A stretch of 62,848 nucleotides of DNA, filler included. It is 4 parts of 4 records of this genome, joined end to end, with 100 filler letters (N's around TTAATTAATTAA, not from the genome) between each part and the next. Parts side by side here need not be neighbours in the genome. Positions count along the whole stretch, not along the records: positions 1 to 29,741 come from SRR20825006_2409; 3 more parts are not named here. One strand, given 5' to 3'. The notes beneath the pieces were generated by a model that saw only the letters and a program-made list of their open reading frames with translations, did not search any database and had not been told where the DNA came from. The translations under genes and the position numbers were made by a program. This document shows, one piece after another, positions 1 through 9,964 of this stretch (positions are counted from its first letter, which is position 1; each line of letters opens with the position of its first letter).

Positions 1-30
1 AAAATCGATTCCGATTTTCTGGCCGATGCG

Positions 31-576
31 TTAGCTCCCGGCGGCACCTTGAAGTACGGTGACAGTGCGGCGGTTCTGTGACCAGCAGCTAATATTGTCG
101 CAGGTGGCAACCGGACGCTCCTTGCCATAGGAAATCGTGCTGATGCGCGAAGCAGGGATCCCGCGGGATGCAAGATAGTTGCGCGTGGCAGCGGCACGGC
201 GGGCACCCAGAGCAAGGTTATATTCGCGGGTGCCGCGCTCATCGGCATGCCCTTCGATGCGGATAGAGTAGTTCGGATAGCGCATCAGCCATTGAGCCTG
301 CTTGTCGAGTGTTTTGGCAGCGATCGGCGTGATGGCAGATGAATCCGTTTCGAAATAAACGGTGTCGCCGACATTCAGATCAAAATCCTGAGCGCTGCCA
401 GGTGAGGCAATACCGCCATTGGCACCGGCAGCCTGACCGCTGCCCGGCAGTGACTGATCACCGCGCGAGGCACAACCTGCAAGCCCCATCGCCATAACAG
501 CGCAAAGCGCGATTATGGCGGGCTTCATTGCGTTCTTCTTCGACAGGGTTTCTGCCGCGGACATGGCTCGGCGCAT
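31..576 (-). CDS. pal: Peptidoglycan-associated lipoprotein Pal
   Basis: Lipobox LAGC; OmpA-like domain motifs VYFETDSS, IEGHADERGTREYNLALGARRA, SYGKERP, QNRR; lies downstream of tolB; GAAGGAG RBS upstream of 576. Confidence 0.97.
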   Translation of the reverse strand: MRRAMSAAETLSKKNAMKPAIIALCAVMAMGLAGCASRGDQSLPGSGQAAGANGGIASPGSAQDFDLNVGDTVYFETDSSAITPIAAKTLDKQAQWLMRYPNYSIRIEGHADERGTREYNLALGARRAAATRNYLASRGIPASRISTISYGKERPVATCDNISCWSQNRRTVTVLQGAAGS

Positions 577-843
577 CGCCGCTCTCCTTCATACGTTAAA
601 TCTGATACCGACCCCAGGAAGTGCGACCGGTTGCTCATGGTCGCCGGTATGAAAGCCGGATATTATCAATCTCTTGCAGCGCTTGCTATCATTCCCCGTC
701 ACAACGCCTGGCCTGCCCTCACCCACACAAACCAAGCCCGCGACCTGATTTCAAACTCGGCACAGATGCCGTTTTGCTTACCGCTTTCGATAACATAGCA
801 TCGTTAACCGGTGACAAACAAACTTCGTTAACATTCCTTAAAA

Positions 844-879
844 GATGGCCTTCAGTTCGAATCGAAACGAAAGGCCATC
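844..879 (-). terminator. Stem-loop just after the tolB stop (probable intrinsic terminator or processing hairpin)
   Basis: GATGGCCTT (844-852) pairs with AAGGCCATC (871-879); followed by TTTT on the minus strand. Confidence 0.5.
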
Positions 880-888
880 CATGTTTTC

Positions 889-2196
889 TCAGTTCAGAAG
901 CGGCGACCAGGCCGGGTCCGATGCATATCCGGGGGTTGGAATTTTCTGCTCGTTGTAACCCGAAAGATCAATGGAGTAGAGATGGGGACCACCCTCGCCC
1001 GCATTCTGGCGGAAGAACATCAGAACGCGGCCATTGGGAGCCCATGTCGGCCCTTCATTGTGGAAACCGGTGGTCAGGATACGTTCGCCGCTGCCGTCGG
1101 GCTTCATAACGCCGATTGAGAATTTTCCGCCCGATTGTTTGGTAAAGGCAATAAGATCCCCACGCGGAGACCAGACCGGTGTTGAATAGCTGCCATCGCC
1201 AAATGAAATGCGGTGCTGGTTCGAGCCATCGGCATTCATCACGTAGAGCTGCTGACGGCCGCCACGATCACTCTCAAAAACGATCTGCTGTCCGTTCGGC
1301 GCATAAGACGGCGATGTATCGATTGCGTTGGTACTTGTCAGTCGCGTCGTGGCACGGGTTCGCAGGTCCATCGTATAGATGTTCGCATTGCCTTCCTGCT
1401 GAAGGCTCATGATGATCCGCTGACCATCCGGCGAAAACCTTGGCGCAAAGGTCATGCCTGGAAAATTGCCGACCACCTCACGCTGCCCGGAGTCGACTTG
1501 CCACAAATAAACGCGCGGCTGGCCGGTTTCATAGGACATGTAAGCGACTTCCTGCTGTGTGGGCGAGAAGCGCGGCGTAAGAACCAGAAACTGCCCGTTG
1601 GTCAGCATACGCACATTGTGACCGTCCTGATCCATGATCGCCAGTTGTCGCTTGCGATCAGTCTTTGGCCCTGATTCGGACACAAAGACAATCTGGCTGT
1701 CAAAGTAACCATCTTCACCGGTAAGCGCCTTGTAAATAGCATCGGAGATGATGTGCGAAACACGGCGCCATTTGTCCGGTTGTGTATAAAACTGCTGACC
1801 GATGATCTGCTGACCGGCGTAGGTATCCCACAGCCGGAACTGAACATTGAGACGACCGTCAGCCTCTTTTGTCACCCGGCCGACAACCAGCGCTTCGGCG
1901 TTAAGCAGCCGCCAGTCTTCAAACCGCGGTGTCTCGTCGGGATTGGTGATATTCTGGATAAAGGCGGATTTATCGATAGGCTTGAACAGACCGGATCGCT
2001 TCAGGTCTGCCGCGACAACATCTGATATCTGAATACCCAGTCCGTCGTCGGAGGCAAAGTCAGTAATCGCAATCGGCAATGGCTGAACATTACCCTGCGA
2101 AACATCGATCTCGACAATGGCGTTGGCAGGTGCCACGAACAACAGGCTTAAGCCAGCATACGTGACAGTCAGGAACATAAGACAGCGTTTTAGCAT
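889..2196 (-). CDS. tolB: Tol-Pal system beta-propeller protein TolB
   Basis: Signal peptide; TolB N-domain ([17 protein letters not shown]); repeated PD40 motifs ([26 protein letters not shown]). Confidence 0.97.
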   Translation of the reverse strand: MLKRCLMFLTVTYAGLSLLFVAPANAIVEIDVSQGNVQPLPIAITDFASDDGLGIQISDVVAADLKRSGLFKPIDKSAFIQNITNPDETPRFEDWRLLNAEALVVGRVTKEADGRLNVQFRLWDTYAGQQIIGQQFYTQPDKWRRVSHIISDAIYKALTGEDGYFDSQIVFVSESGPKTDRKRQLAIMDQDGHNVRMLTNGQFLVLTPRFSPTQQEVAYMSYETGQPRVYLWQVDSGQREVVGNFPGMTFAPRFSPDGQRIIMSLQQEGNANIYTMDLRTRATTRLTSTNAIDTSPSYAPNGQQIVFESDRGGRQQLYVMNADGSNQHRISFGDGSYSTPVWSPRGDLIAFTKQSGGKFSIGVMKPDGSGERILTTGFHNEGPTWAPNGRVLMFFRQNAGEGGPHLYSIDLSGYNEQKIPTPGYASDPAWSPLLN

Positions 2197-2273
2197 GATC
2201 GGACTGGCCTTTCAGCGTTTCTGCCGGTTTCTGCGATTGAAAGAGCGCACCCCAGCGGTTCCGGTTTACTCTG

Positions 2274-3389
2274 TTATAACATCTGACTTGGATCGAAGTT
2301 CACAATCACTTCTCTCCAGGAATCATATTTTTCTGGCGGCAAATTGACAAACGGGGATGCCTTCAGCACGGCCCTGCGGGCTCCACCTGCGAGGATATTG
2401 CGCGCACTCTCGCTGCCGCCGGTTGCTGTCACATCGGGTGATCCGATGATGGCACCCGAGGGGTCAAGCCTGATGTGAATACGGATTCTCACACCTTCTG
2501 CACCGTCAAGTCCGGCCAGAATCGACCAGTTACGCTGGATCTGACCGCGCAGGGCGTCCAGCTCACTTTGAGACAGCTGTGCGGACGGTGTTGCTGCGGT
2601 TTCGGCCCCAAGCGCCGCCTGCTGCTGCGAACGCTGTGCGCCCCCGCCCTGGCTGTCGGTACGATTGAGAAGCGCAGAAATCTGATCGACGTTGAAATCG
2701 CTGTCTTCATTCGTCGTTGATGCCGTTGTCTGATCATCCGTGCGCGGCTTCGGCTGCTCCTGCGCGACCTGCGGCGGCGGGCGACGGGCCGGAAGCGGCA
2801 CCTGATCCGGGAAGACCAGCTCTTCCGGTTCGGTTTCGGCTTCTGCCTCATCCTCAGCCACCTGCGGTTCAGGCGTCGGCGCTGGCGCGGGCTCAGGTGT
2901 CTCAACGGCAGCCGGTGCAGGCGCCGGCGCCGGCTCTGGCTGCGGTGCGGGCTCACGCTCCGGAGCGGACGCCGGTTCGGGTTCGGGTTCCGGTTGTGGC
3001 GCAGGTTCAGGCACCGGTGGCGGCGCGCTTTCTTCCGGCGCCACATCGTTCTGAACGGTTTCGGAAGGCTTCGGCGGCGCGGCAGTCTCCTGCTCGACTT
3101 CAGAAGCCTCGGCGTTTTCCTGAGTGTTCAGGTCGATATCATTCTCACCGACATTCTGTGCCTCAGCCACTTCATCCGGACGCTTTGTCGGCAAAGGCGC
3201 TGGCTGATCGGTCAGCTCGGCAGACTGATCACCCTCCTGCACCTGCGTGATATCCTGAACCGGGATCAGAGTAACCGGCAACGCCTCGACATCCGCCACT
3301 TCAAAAGAGGCAGGCGTACCAAGCAGAAGCACTGCCCAGCCGATGACCAGACAGTGCAGAACAAATGAAATGGCGAGACTGCGCTTCAT
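2274..3389 (-). CDS. tolA: TolA-like cell envelope integrity protein
   Basis: N-terminal TM with SxxxH motif (SFVLH), long Pro/Glu-rich linker, TonB/TolA C-domain ending VNFDP; sits between tolR and tolB. Confidence 0.88.
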   Translation of the reverse strand: MKRSLAISFVLHCLVIGWAVLLLGTPASFEVADVEALPVTLIPVQDITQVQEGDQSAELTDQPAPLPTKRPDEVAEAQNVGENDIDLNTQENAEASEVEQETAAPPKPSETVQNDVAPEESAPPPVPEPAPQPEPEPEPASAPEREPAPQPEPAPAPAPAAVETPEPAPAPTPEPQVAEDEAEAETEPEELVFPDQVPLPARRPPPQVAQEQPKPRTDDQTTASTTNEDSDFNVDQISALLNRTDSQGGGAQRSQQQAALGAETAATPSAQLSQSELDALRGQIQRNWSILAGLDGAEGVRIRIHIRLDPSGAIIGSPDVTATGGSESARNILAGGARRAVLKASPFVNLPPEKYDSWREVIVNFDPSQML

Positions 3390-3398
3390 GGCGGCTGA

Positions 3399-3851
3399 TC
3401 AGCTATCCTGTTCCTGTAACGTCACGAGGCCAATATTATTGAAGCCCGCCGATGAGATACGCGCCATAACCTTCATGACCGCCCCGTAACCGGCATTGGC
3501 ATCACCGCGCACATAAATCCGTTCGCTATAGCCCGTCGTCGCAATCGCTTCGAGCTTAGGCACGACTTCATCAATACCGATTTCGCTTTCCTGGAGGAAA
3601 ATCTTTCCATCCGGTGTCACCGAAATCGTGATCGGCTGGGTGTCGGAATTCATTGCTTGCGCCTGTGTTTCCGGCAGGTCAATCGGCACACCGACCGTCA
3701 TCATCGGTGCGGCGACCATAAAGATGATCAACAGCACCAGCATGACGTCGACAAGCGGCGTGACATTGATTTCACTGACCGGAGCACGATGGTTGCGACG
3801 ACGTCCACGCCTGCCGCCGCCTGCTCCGCCCGATCCGATGGACATTCCCAT
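3399..3851 (-). CDS. tolR: TolR
   Basis: SEINVTPLVDVMLVLLIIFMV ExbD/TolR signature; operon position. Confidence 0.96.
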   Translation of the reverse strand: MGMSIGSGGAGGGRRGRRRNHRAPVSEINVTPLVDVMLVLLIIFMVAAPMMTVGVPIDLPETQAQAMNSDTQPITISVTPDGKIFLQESEIGIDEVVPKLEAIATTGYSERIYVRGDANAGYGAVMKVMARISSAGFNNIGLVTLQEQDS

Positions 3852-3878
3852 ATCGTTAATCTCCGTTCGCTTCAGGCG

Positions 3879-4598
3879 TTATTCAGCAGCCGGACGTGAC
3901 TGCATCTTCTCATCGATCTGCCGTGACAGGATCGCCGAGAACTCGTCTGCAAAACCTTCCATGCGGGCTGCAAGCTTGCCGGAATCAGCGGAGAACTTAT
4001 TGTAGGCAATGACCGCCGGAATAGCAGCAACCAGCCCGATCGCCGTCGCCAGAAGCGCCTCGGCAATGCCCGGTGCCACGACAGCCAGATTGGTCGACTT
4101 TGAACCGGCAATAGCCTGGAACGACGTCATGATACCAACCACAGTACCGAAAAGACCGATAAAGGGCGCGGCCGAACCGACACTGGCCAGAAAGCCAAGC
4201 CGGGCTTCCAGAGCATCAGACTCACGCTGAATGGCAACATCCATAGCCTTGTCAACGCGCATCTGGAGGCCGACCGGTGTGCGGGCCCCGCGCTCGAAGG
4301 ATTTTTTCCACTCCCGCATAGCAGAAACGAAAACGGCCGACATGCCGGACGTCTTGCGCTCCGAAAGCGTGCCGTAGAGTTTTTCCAGCGATGTGCCGGA
4401 CCAGAAGGCTTCTTCAAACTGATTATAGGCGCGGCGTTCCTTGTTGTAGGCAATGATCTTTTCAATCACGATTGCCCAAGTCCATACAGACGCTGCGATC
4501 AGCCCCAGCATAACGAGTTTGACAATCAGACCGGCCTGCCAAAAAAGCGCCAGAAGACCGACATCGGTATGTGCTGCTTCCAACCCAAGCTGTTCCAT
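3879..4598 (-). CDS. tolQ: TolQ
   Basis: FIGLFGTVVGIM and PGIAEALLATAIGL motifs of MotA/TolQ/ExbB; start placed at MEQLG (4598) with AAGGA upstream (the ORF track extends to 4634). Confidence 0.96.
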   Translation of the reverse strand: MEQLGLEAAHTDVGLLALFWQAGLIVKLVMLGLIAASVWTWAIVIEKIIAYNKERRAYNQFEEAFWSGTSLEKLYGTLSERKTSGMSAVFVSAMREWKKSFERGARTPVGLQMRVDKAMDVAIQRESDALEARLGFLASVGSAAPFIGLFGTVVGIMTSFQAIAGSKSTNLAVVAPGIAEALLATAIGLVAAIPAVIAYNKFSADSGKLAARMEGFADEFSAILSRQIDEKMQSRPAAE

Positions 4599-4889
4599 GT
4601 GACGCGTGTCCTTGAATATATGAGCCCGGCGCACCGGGCATTACAGATTATGGTCGCCTGCAAGACGCGGTTTGAACTTCCGGTGTGCTTGGAAACATCA
4701 TTTATCGCCTTCCTCTAACACAAACGTGGTGAAAGGTTGGCATTCATGCCCAATAAACCTGAATACGCATAAAACACAGACGTGGTTAACGCCCGGTTAC
4801 TTCCACCCTTGCCCGACACGAAAATCACGCGTGGTTCAGGGCCAGAAAGAAGAAGAACCGAATTGCGGCGCAATTCCTTCACATAATAT

Positions 4890-5381
4890 TCAAGTTTTAT
4901 CAAGCCCGCTGCCCTGCCGCAGCGTTTCCGCCAGTTCGTCTGGCATTCGGCGGGCGCGACCGACCTTGTTGATTACCACAACAGTCACGGTCGCCGTGGT
5001 TAAAAGCGTATCATGGGCATAGATCGCCTGCTCCAGGACCAGCCGTGCGCCGGTCGTCTTTTTCGTGCGGGTCGTGATCAGCAGAATATCGTCCATCCGC
5101 GCAGGCCGAATGAATTTCAGATCCATGTGATGAACCGCGAAGGCAAGGCCCTCTTCATCATAATCATGAAGTGCGCCTTGCTCCACACCGAGGCAACGCA
5201 GGTAGTCGGTTCGCCCGCGCTCGAAAAAATGCAGGTAGCGTGCGTGATAGACGATGCCGGAAAAATCGGTGTCCTCATAATAAATTCGCTGGCGAAGATG
5301 ATGTTCGCCGCCATCCAGCCAGCCGCTCAAGGGAACAGCATCAAACCCGGCATCATTTTGCTCAATCATGGCGAACCTCAT
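4890..5381 (-). CDS. ybgC: Tol-Pal-associated acyl-CoA thioesterase YbgC
   Basis: RIYYEDTDFSGIVYHARYLHFFERGRT hotdog-fold motif; first gene of the tol cluster. Confidence 0.93.
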   Translation of the reverse strand: MRFAMIEQNDAGFDAVPLSGWLDGGEHHLRQRIYYEDTDFSGIVYHARYLHFFERGRTDYLRCLGVEQGALHDYDEEGLAFAVHHMDLKFIRPARMDDILLITTRTKKTTGARLVLEQAIYAHDTLLTTATVTVVVINKVGRARRMPDELAETLRQGSGLDKT

Positions 5382-5493
5382 TCATATAATGTGAAATGAC
5401 TACTTAAGGCACCAGACAAGCCTGCGGCAAGAGCGGGTGACAACGCCCCCCGGAAAGCAACAAAAGGCGTACGCCTTGCCGCAAAGGGCGCTT

Positions 5494-5522
5494 GTGTAAC
5501 AAATTCATCGCATTTATGTCAT
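5494..5522 (+). promoter_or_regulatory. Candidate Pho box (PhoB site) upstream of sqdB
   Basis: Three heptamers at 11-bp period with AT-rich 4-bp spacers: GTGTAAC-AAAT-TCATCGC-ATTT-ATGTCAT, compared with consensus CTGTCAT-N4; about 56 bp before the sqdB ATG. Confidence 0.6.
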
Positions 5523-5578
5523 AGTGGTTTTGGTTGATAGCGAAGACTGAGTTTCATGAAACTGATCGGAGAAACGCC

Positions 5579-6799
5579 ATGAAAATCGCGGTTATGGGCG
5601 GAGACGGGTTTGTCGGGTGGCCGACGTCACTGCATCTTTCGGATGCCGGACATGATGTCCACATCATCGACAATCTGTCGCGCCGCTGGATTGATACCGA
5701 ACTTGGCGTACAATCGCTGACCCCGATGGATTCAATTCAGGAGCGCACACGTATCTGGCAGGCCGAAACCGGTCGCCGTATTCATTTCCATCTGATTGAT
5801 CTGGCGAAGGATTACGAAATCCTCAAGCAGTGGCTTGCCGACGAGCGCCCGGACGCGATCATTCACTTTGCCGAACAGCGCGCCGCGCCCTATTCGATGA
5901 AATCGGACCGGCACAAAAACTATACCGTAGACAACAATGTCAGCGCGACCCACAACCTCTTGAATGCACTCGTCGAGGTCGACATTGATGCCCATGTCGT
6001 TCATCTCGGCACCATGGGCGTTTACGGCTACTCCACCGTTGGCGCTGCCATTCCGGAAGGGTATCTGCCGGTCGAAATCACGGCTGTGACGGGCGAGAAG
6101 GTTTCTCAGGAAATCCTCTACCCGGCCAATCCCGGCTCGATTTATCATATGACCAAGTGTCTCGATCAGTTGCTCTTCGCATTCTACGCCAAGAATGATG
6201 GACTGAGAATCACCGATCTGCATCAGGGTATTGTATGGGGCACCCACACCGAGCAGACGAAGCGCCACCCGCAGCTCATCAACCGTTTCGACTATGACGG
6301 CGATTACGGTACGGTGCTGAACCGCTTCCTCATTCAGGCGGCCATCGGCTATCCGCTGACGGTTCATGGTGTCGGCGGCCAGACCCGCGCTTTCATTCAT
6401 ATTCAGGATTCGGTGCGCTGCATTGAGCTGGCTCTCAAAAACCCGCCGGAGCGCAATTCCCGCGTCGAAATCTTCAACCAGATGACTGAGACCCACCGGG
6501 TTCGCGATCTGGCACAAATGATTTCTGAGATGAGCGGAACGGAAATCGCATGGCTTCCCAACCCGCGGAAAGAGGCTCCCGAAAACGAACTGATCGTCAG
6601 GAACGACAAGTTTATCGGCCTCGGACTGAACCCGACAACGCTTAAGGAAGGCCTGCTTGAAGAAATCGTGGAGATTGCGAAAAAGTATGCCTATCGCGTT
6701 GATCGCAGCCGTGTACCGGCTGTCTCTGCCTGGACCAAGGACATCGCCACGACGATCAATCGCGATCCCGAAGGCAAATCGCTGAAATCGGTTTCCTGA
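5579..6799 (+). CDS. sqdB: UDP-sulfoquinovose synthase
   Basis: GGDGFVGW Rossmann motif; HFAEQRAAPYS, HLGTMGVYG, YHMTK, DLHQGIVWG, RFDYDGDYGTVLNRF are characteristic of SqdB/SQD1; GGAG RBS before ATG 5579. Confidence 0.96.
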   Translation: MKIAVMGGDGFVGWPTSLHLSDAGHDVHIIDNLSRRWIDTELGVQSLTPMDSIQERTRIWQAETGRRIHFHLIDLAKDYEILKQWLADERPDAIIHFAEQRAAPYSMKSDRHKNYTVDNNVSATHNLLNALVEVDIDAHVVHLGTMGVYGYSTVGAAIPEGYLPVEITAVTGEKVSQEILYPANPGSIYHMTKCLDQLLFAFYAKNDGLRITDLHQGIVWGTHTEQTKRHPQLINRFDYDGDYGTVLNRFLIQAAIGYPLTVHGVGGQTRAFIHIQDSVRCIELALKNPPERNSRVEIFNQMTETHRVRDLAQMISEMSGTEIAWLPNPRKEAPENELIVRNDKFIGLGLNPTTLKEGLLEEIVEIAKKYAYRVDRSRVPAVSAWTKDIATTINRDPEGKSLKSVS

Positions 6800-6803
6800 C
6801 ACC

Positions 6804-7664
6804 ATGACAGACACAATCAATGAAGGCCTCCGCCGCACAACGGAGGCCACTTCCCCGTTTGCCTTTGTCACGCTGGTCACCAATAATGACTACGCCATGG
6901 GCGCGCTGGCGCTGGCGCGGTCGATCTTTCTGACCGGCACGCCCGCCGATGTTGTCGTCCTTTACACCGGCGGCACTCCCGATGCGGCGCTGAAACCGCT
7001 GAAAGGCATAGGTTGCCGCCTGATTGCAGCGGAACATCTGCCGACCTCGGAAGAATTCAACGCCCGCCATGCGCGCAAGGAAATCCACGGCAACGCGCCC
7101 TTCACAAAGGGCCGCAAGCCGGAGTTCCACACACCACTGGATAACTTCTGTAAGCTCCGCCTCTGGCAGCTGATCGAATACAACGCCACAGTGTTCATTG
7201 ATGCCGATGCAATTGTGCTGAAAAATATCGACAAGCTGTTCTTCTATCCGGAATTCTCCGCTGCGCCGAATGTTTACGAAACTATTTCTGATTTCCACCG
7301 GCTGAACTCCGGCGTCTTCGTTGCACGTCCGTCCGGGACCACGTTCGAAGCCATGCTGGAAGCACTCGATGCGCCAGACGCCTTCTGGCGGCGCACAGAC
7401 CAGTCTTTCCTGCAGGACTTCTTCCCGGACTGGCACGGCCTGCCGGTGTTCATGAACATGCTGCAATATGTGTGGTTCAATCTTCCGGAGCTGTGGCGCT
7501 GGGATGAAATCGGCGTGCTGCATTATCAGTATGAAAAGCCGTGGGAGGAAGAACATCCCCGCGCTGAACAGCTGAAGCCACTGATTGATCTTTGGTGGGC
7601 GTATTTCGATGGCGATGCCATCCCCGACATTGCAACGCTTGAAAACCCGACCGTAAAAACATGA
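6804..7664 (+). CDS. sqdD: Sulfolipid sulfoquinovosyltransferase, GT8/glycogenin-like
   Basis: AFVTLVT, NFCKLRLW, DAD motif, NSGVFV, DQSFL, HYxxxKPW of GT8; position in sqdBDC order. Confidence 0.88.
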   Translation: MTDTINEGLRRTTEATSPFAFVTLVTNNDYAMGALALARSIFLTGTPADVVVLYTGGTPDAALKPLKGIGCRLIAAEHLPTSEEFNARHARKEIHGNAPFTKGRKPEFHTPLDNFCKLRLWQLIEYNATVFIDADAIVLKNIDKLFFYPEFSAAPNVYETISDFHRLNSGVFVARPSGTTFEAMLEALDAPDAFWRRTDQSFLQDFFPDWHGLPVFMNMLQYVWFNLPELWRWDEIGVLHYQYEKPWEEEHPRAEQLKPLIDLWWAYFDGDAIPDIATLENPTVKT

Positions 7665-8566
7665 AGCACGTCCTTGTCAGCGGCGGCACCGGGCTGGTGG
7701 GTCGCTACATCGTCGAAGAATGCCTCGCCGCTGGCTTCACTGTCACCGTTGCCGGGCGCACCCGTCCAGCCGAAGACCTGTTTTACACGCGTGTCGGGTT
7801 CCGGCCCCTGGCTCTTGATCCCGACCGCGACCAAACAGCCATTTTTGATGGAATCGATATATTCGTTCATGCTGCATTTCACCATGTTCCGGGACGCTAT
7901 CGCGGTGGCGAAGGCGATGATCCAGATGGTTTCATCCGGCAAAACCGCGACGGCACCATCGCGCTTTTCAACGCCGCCCGTAATGCCGGTGTCCGTCGTG
8001 CGGTGTTCCTGTCCAGTCGTGCCGTTTATGACGGCTATCCACCTGGAACTGACTTACCTGAAACACTTCCGCCAAACCCACAAAGCCTTTATGGCAAAAT
8101 CAAATGGGAAACCGAACAGGAAATAGCAGCATTGGGCGCGCCGGGTTTTGTTCCGATCAGTCTGCGGTCAACCGGCGTCTACGGCGATCTGTCTCCGAAT
8201 AAATGGCATGACTTGTTCGTACGCTACATGAACGGTGAAACCATTGCGCCGCGTGCCGGCAGTGAGGTTCATGGGCGCGATCTCGCCCGCGCCATTCTGA
8301 TCGTAGCGGGCGCACCCGTTTACAAGGTTACAGGCAAGGCTTTCAATGTCTCCGACATCGTGACTGATACCCGCATGATCCTTTTACCGCTGAAGTCTGC
8401 GGTTGCGGGCTCCAATCCCCTGCCAGAGCGTGGTGACCATGAAAGCGTCAGCGTCATGTCGACTGCAAAGCTGAATGCACTCGGCTGGCGCACCGGCGGG
8501 ATGCCGCTGTTTGATGCCACACTTGAAACCCTGACTTCAGATTTTCTGAAAGGCAGCAAAGATTAG
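7661..8566 (+). CDS. sqdC: NAD-dependent epimerase/dehydratase of sulfolipid biosynthesis
   Basis: SGGTGLVG, FLSSRAVY, YGKIK extended-SDR motifs; ATGA overlap with sqdD. Confidence 0.82.
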   Translation: MKHVLVSGGTGLVGRYIVEECLAAGFTVTVAGRTRPAEDLFYTRVGFRPLALDPDRDQTAIFDGIDIFVHAAFHHVPGRYRGGEGDDPDGFIRQNRDGTIALFNAARNAGVRRAVFLSSRAVYDGYPPGTDLPETLPPNPQSLYGKIKWETEQEIAALGAPGFVPISLRSTGVYGDLSPNKWHDLFVRYMNGETIAPRAGSEVHGRDLARAILIVAGAPVYKVTGKAFNVSDIVTDTRMILLPLKSAVAGSNPLPERGDHESVSVMSTAKLNALGWRTGGMPLFDATLETLTSDFLKGSKD

Positions 8567-8671
8567 CCTTTTCCTTGAGTGGCAACCCAGAAACCACTAG
8601 ATCGGGTATGCAATCTTAAAAGCTCGAACTTTTGCACACGAAACCGATCTGACCGACAGGACTTTTTGTAA

Positions 8672-9361
8672 ATGAGCCGTTTTGATCTTGTGATTTTCGA
8701 CTGTGACGGTGTTCTGGTCGATTCCGAAATTCTCGCTGCCCAGGTAGAAGCCAAGCTTCTGACTGATGCCGGTTACCCGATTACCGCCGGTGAGATCGCC
8801 GAACGTTTTGCCGGTCTGACATGGCGCGACATTCTTCTGGAGATCGAAAAAGAAGCATCGATCCCACTCCAGGCGACACTTCTTGAGCAGTCCCATGACA
8901 TTCTCGATGAGCGGATAAAAAAAGAGCTGAAGTCCATACCCGGCATAGTTCAGGCTGTTGCCCAGGTCACAGAACCGCGCTGCATTTGCTCGAACTCAAG
9001 CACCGACCGCCTGAAGATGATGTTGACGAAAGTCGGCCTTTACGACCTGTTCGCACCCAATATATTTTCGGCGGAAGATTTAGGGCCGGATCGGGTCAAA
9101 CCCAAGCCCGACATTTTCCTGCATGGCGCAGAGCAGATGGGAGCTGCACCGAAGAACACAATCGTGATTGAGGACTCGGTTCACGGCGTGACAGGTGCCA
9201 GGGCTGCAGGGATGCGCGTGATCGGATTTACCGGTGGATCGCACACCTTCCCTTCTCACGCTGACCGGTTGATGGAAGCCGGAGCAGAGACCACAATCAA
9301 CCGAATGGAGGATCTTCACGCAGTTCTCACAGCGTTGAACGAATGGTCCGGACTGGTTTGA
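8672..9361 (+). CDS. HAD-family hydrolase (subfamily IA)
   Basis: FDCDGVLVDSE motif I, CSNS, KPKPDIF, IEDS. Confidence 0.92.
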   Translation: MSRFDLVIFDCDGVLVDSEILAAQVEAKLLTDAGYPITAGEIAERFAGLTWRDILLEIEKEASIPLQATLLEQSHDILDERIKKELKSIPGIVQAVAQVTEPRCICSNSSTDRLKMMLTKVGLYDLFAPNIFSAEDLGPDRVKPKPDIFLHGAEQMGAAPKNTIVIEDSVHGVTGARAAGMRVIGFTGGSHTFPSHADRLMEAGAETTINRMEDLHAVLTALNEWSGLV

Positions 9362-9392
9362 TTTCCACACCTTTCTCGATATGAAATCATCC

Positions 9393-9424
9393 AACGGCGG
9401 TCTTTGCGACCGCCGTTTTGTTTT
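9393..9424 (+). terminator. Intrinsic terminator between the HAD gene and the convergent lipoprotein gene
   Basis: AACGGCGGTC-TTTGC-GACCGCCGTT followed by TTGTTTT. Confidence 0.75.
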
Positions 9425-9427
9425 AGA

Positions 9428-9964
9428 TCAGTCCTCGATACCGACGCGAATACGGGCTGTATCGGTGATGTTCAGCGGAACAGGAAGGTTCACCGCCGTA
9501 AACAGGAACTGCGTTGTCAGTGTATCCGGTGGAAGCGCAACCTCCTGATTGATCACCTTGTCATAGTAAACCTGGTTGCCATCCAATACTTCTACACGAA
9601 TTGGCAGAGTGAGAGGACCGGCCTTGGCTTTCGGCCCGCCAACAACACGGCCGGCAACAGCGATCTTCGCTTCTAGCTGATCGCCCGAAGCAGTAGGAGC
9701 ACAGGTTCGGGCATATTTCACCAGAGAGGCCTGATAAACCAGGTTGGATTGATCGGTCGAACTGGACGGAGAAAATACCTGCCGATAGGCATCCTCGTCA
9801 TCGATAACAGCCGGAGGACAAAGCCGGGCCAGTGCCGTAAGGTTCATTCCCGGTGTTACCTTCAACGCCGGGTTGGCTTCCTGCTGGGGCGCGGTATTGT
9901 CCGATGAGCAAGCTGCCAGCCCGAAAACCAGCAGGATTGCGGCAAGACGACGAGATTGGCGCAT
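9428..9964 (-). CDS. Hypothetical lipoprotein of Rhizobiales type
   Basis: MRQSRRLAAILLVFGLAAC lipobox; CPP and RTC cysteines; AGRVVGGP motif. Start placed at 9964 (the track gives 10021). Confidence 0.75.
   Translation of the reverse strand: MRQSRRLAAILLVFGLAACSSDNTAPQQEANPALKVTPGMNLTALARLCPPAVIDDEDAYRQVFSPSSSTDQSNLVYQASLVKYARTCAPTASGDQLEAKIAVAGRVVGGPKAKAGPLTLPIRVEVLDGNQVYYDKVINQEVALPPDTLTTQFLFTAVNLPVPLNITDTARIRVGIED

Noticed and set aside
2820..3020. Repetitive GC-rich DNA resembling a tandem repeat array
   Set aside because: Encodes the Pro/Glu/Ala linker of TolA; no constant repeat-spacer structure, so not CRISPR.
5732..7556. 383-aa and 266-aa minus-strand ORFs over sqdB and sqdD
   Set aside because: Antisense to clear sqd genes; no independent coding evidence.
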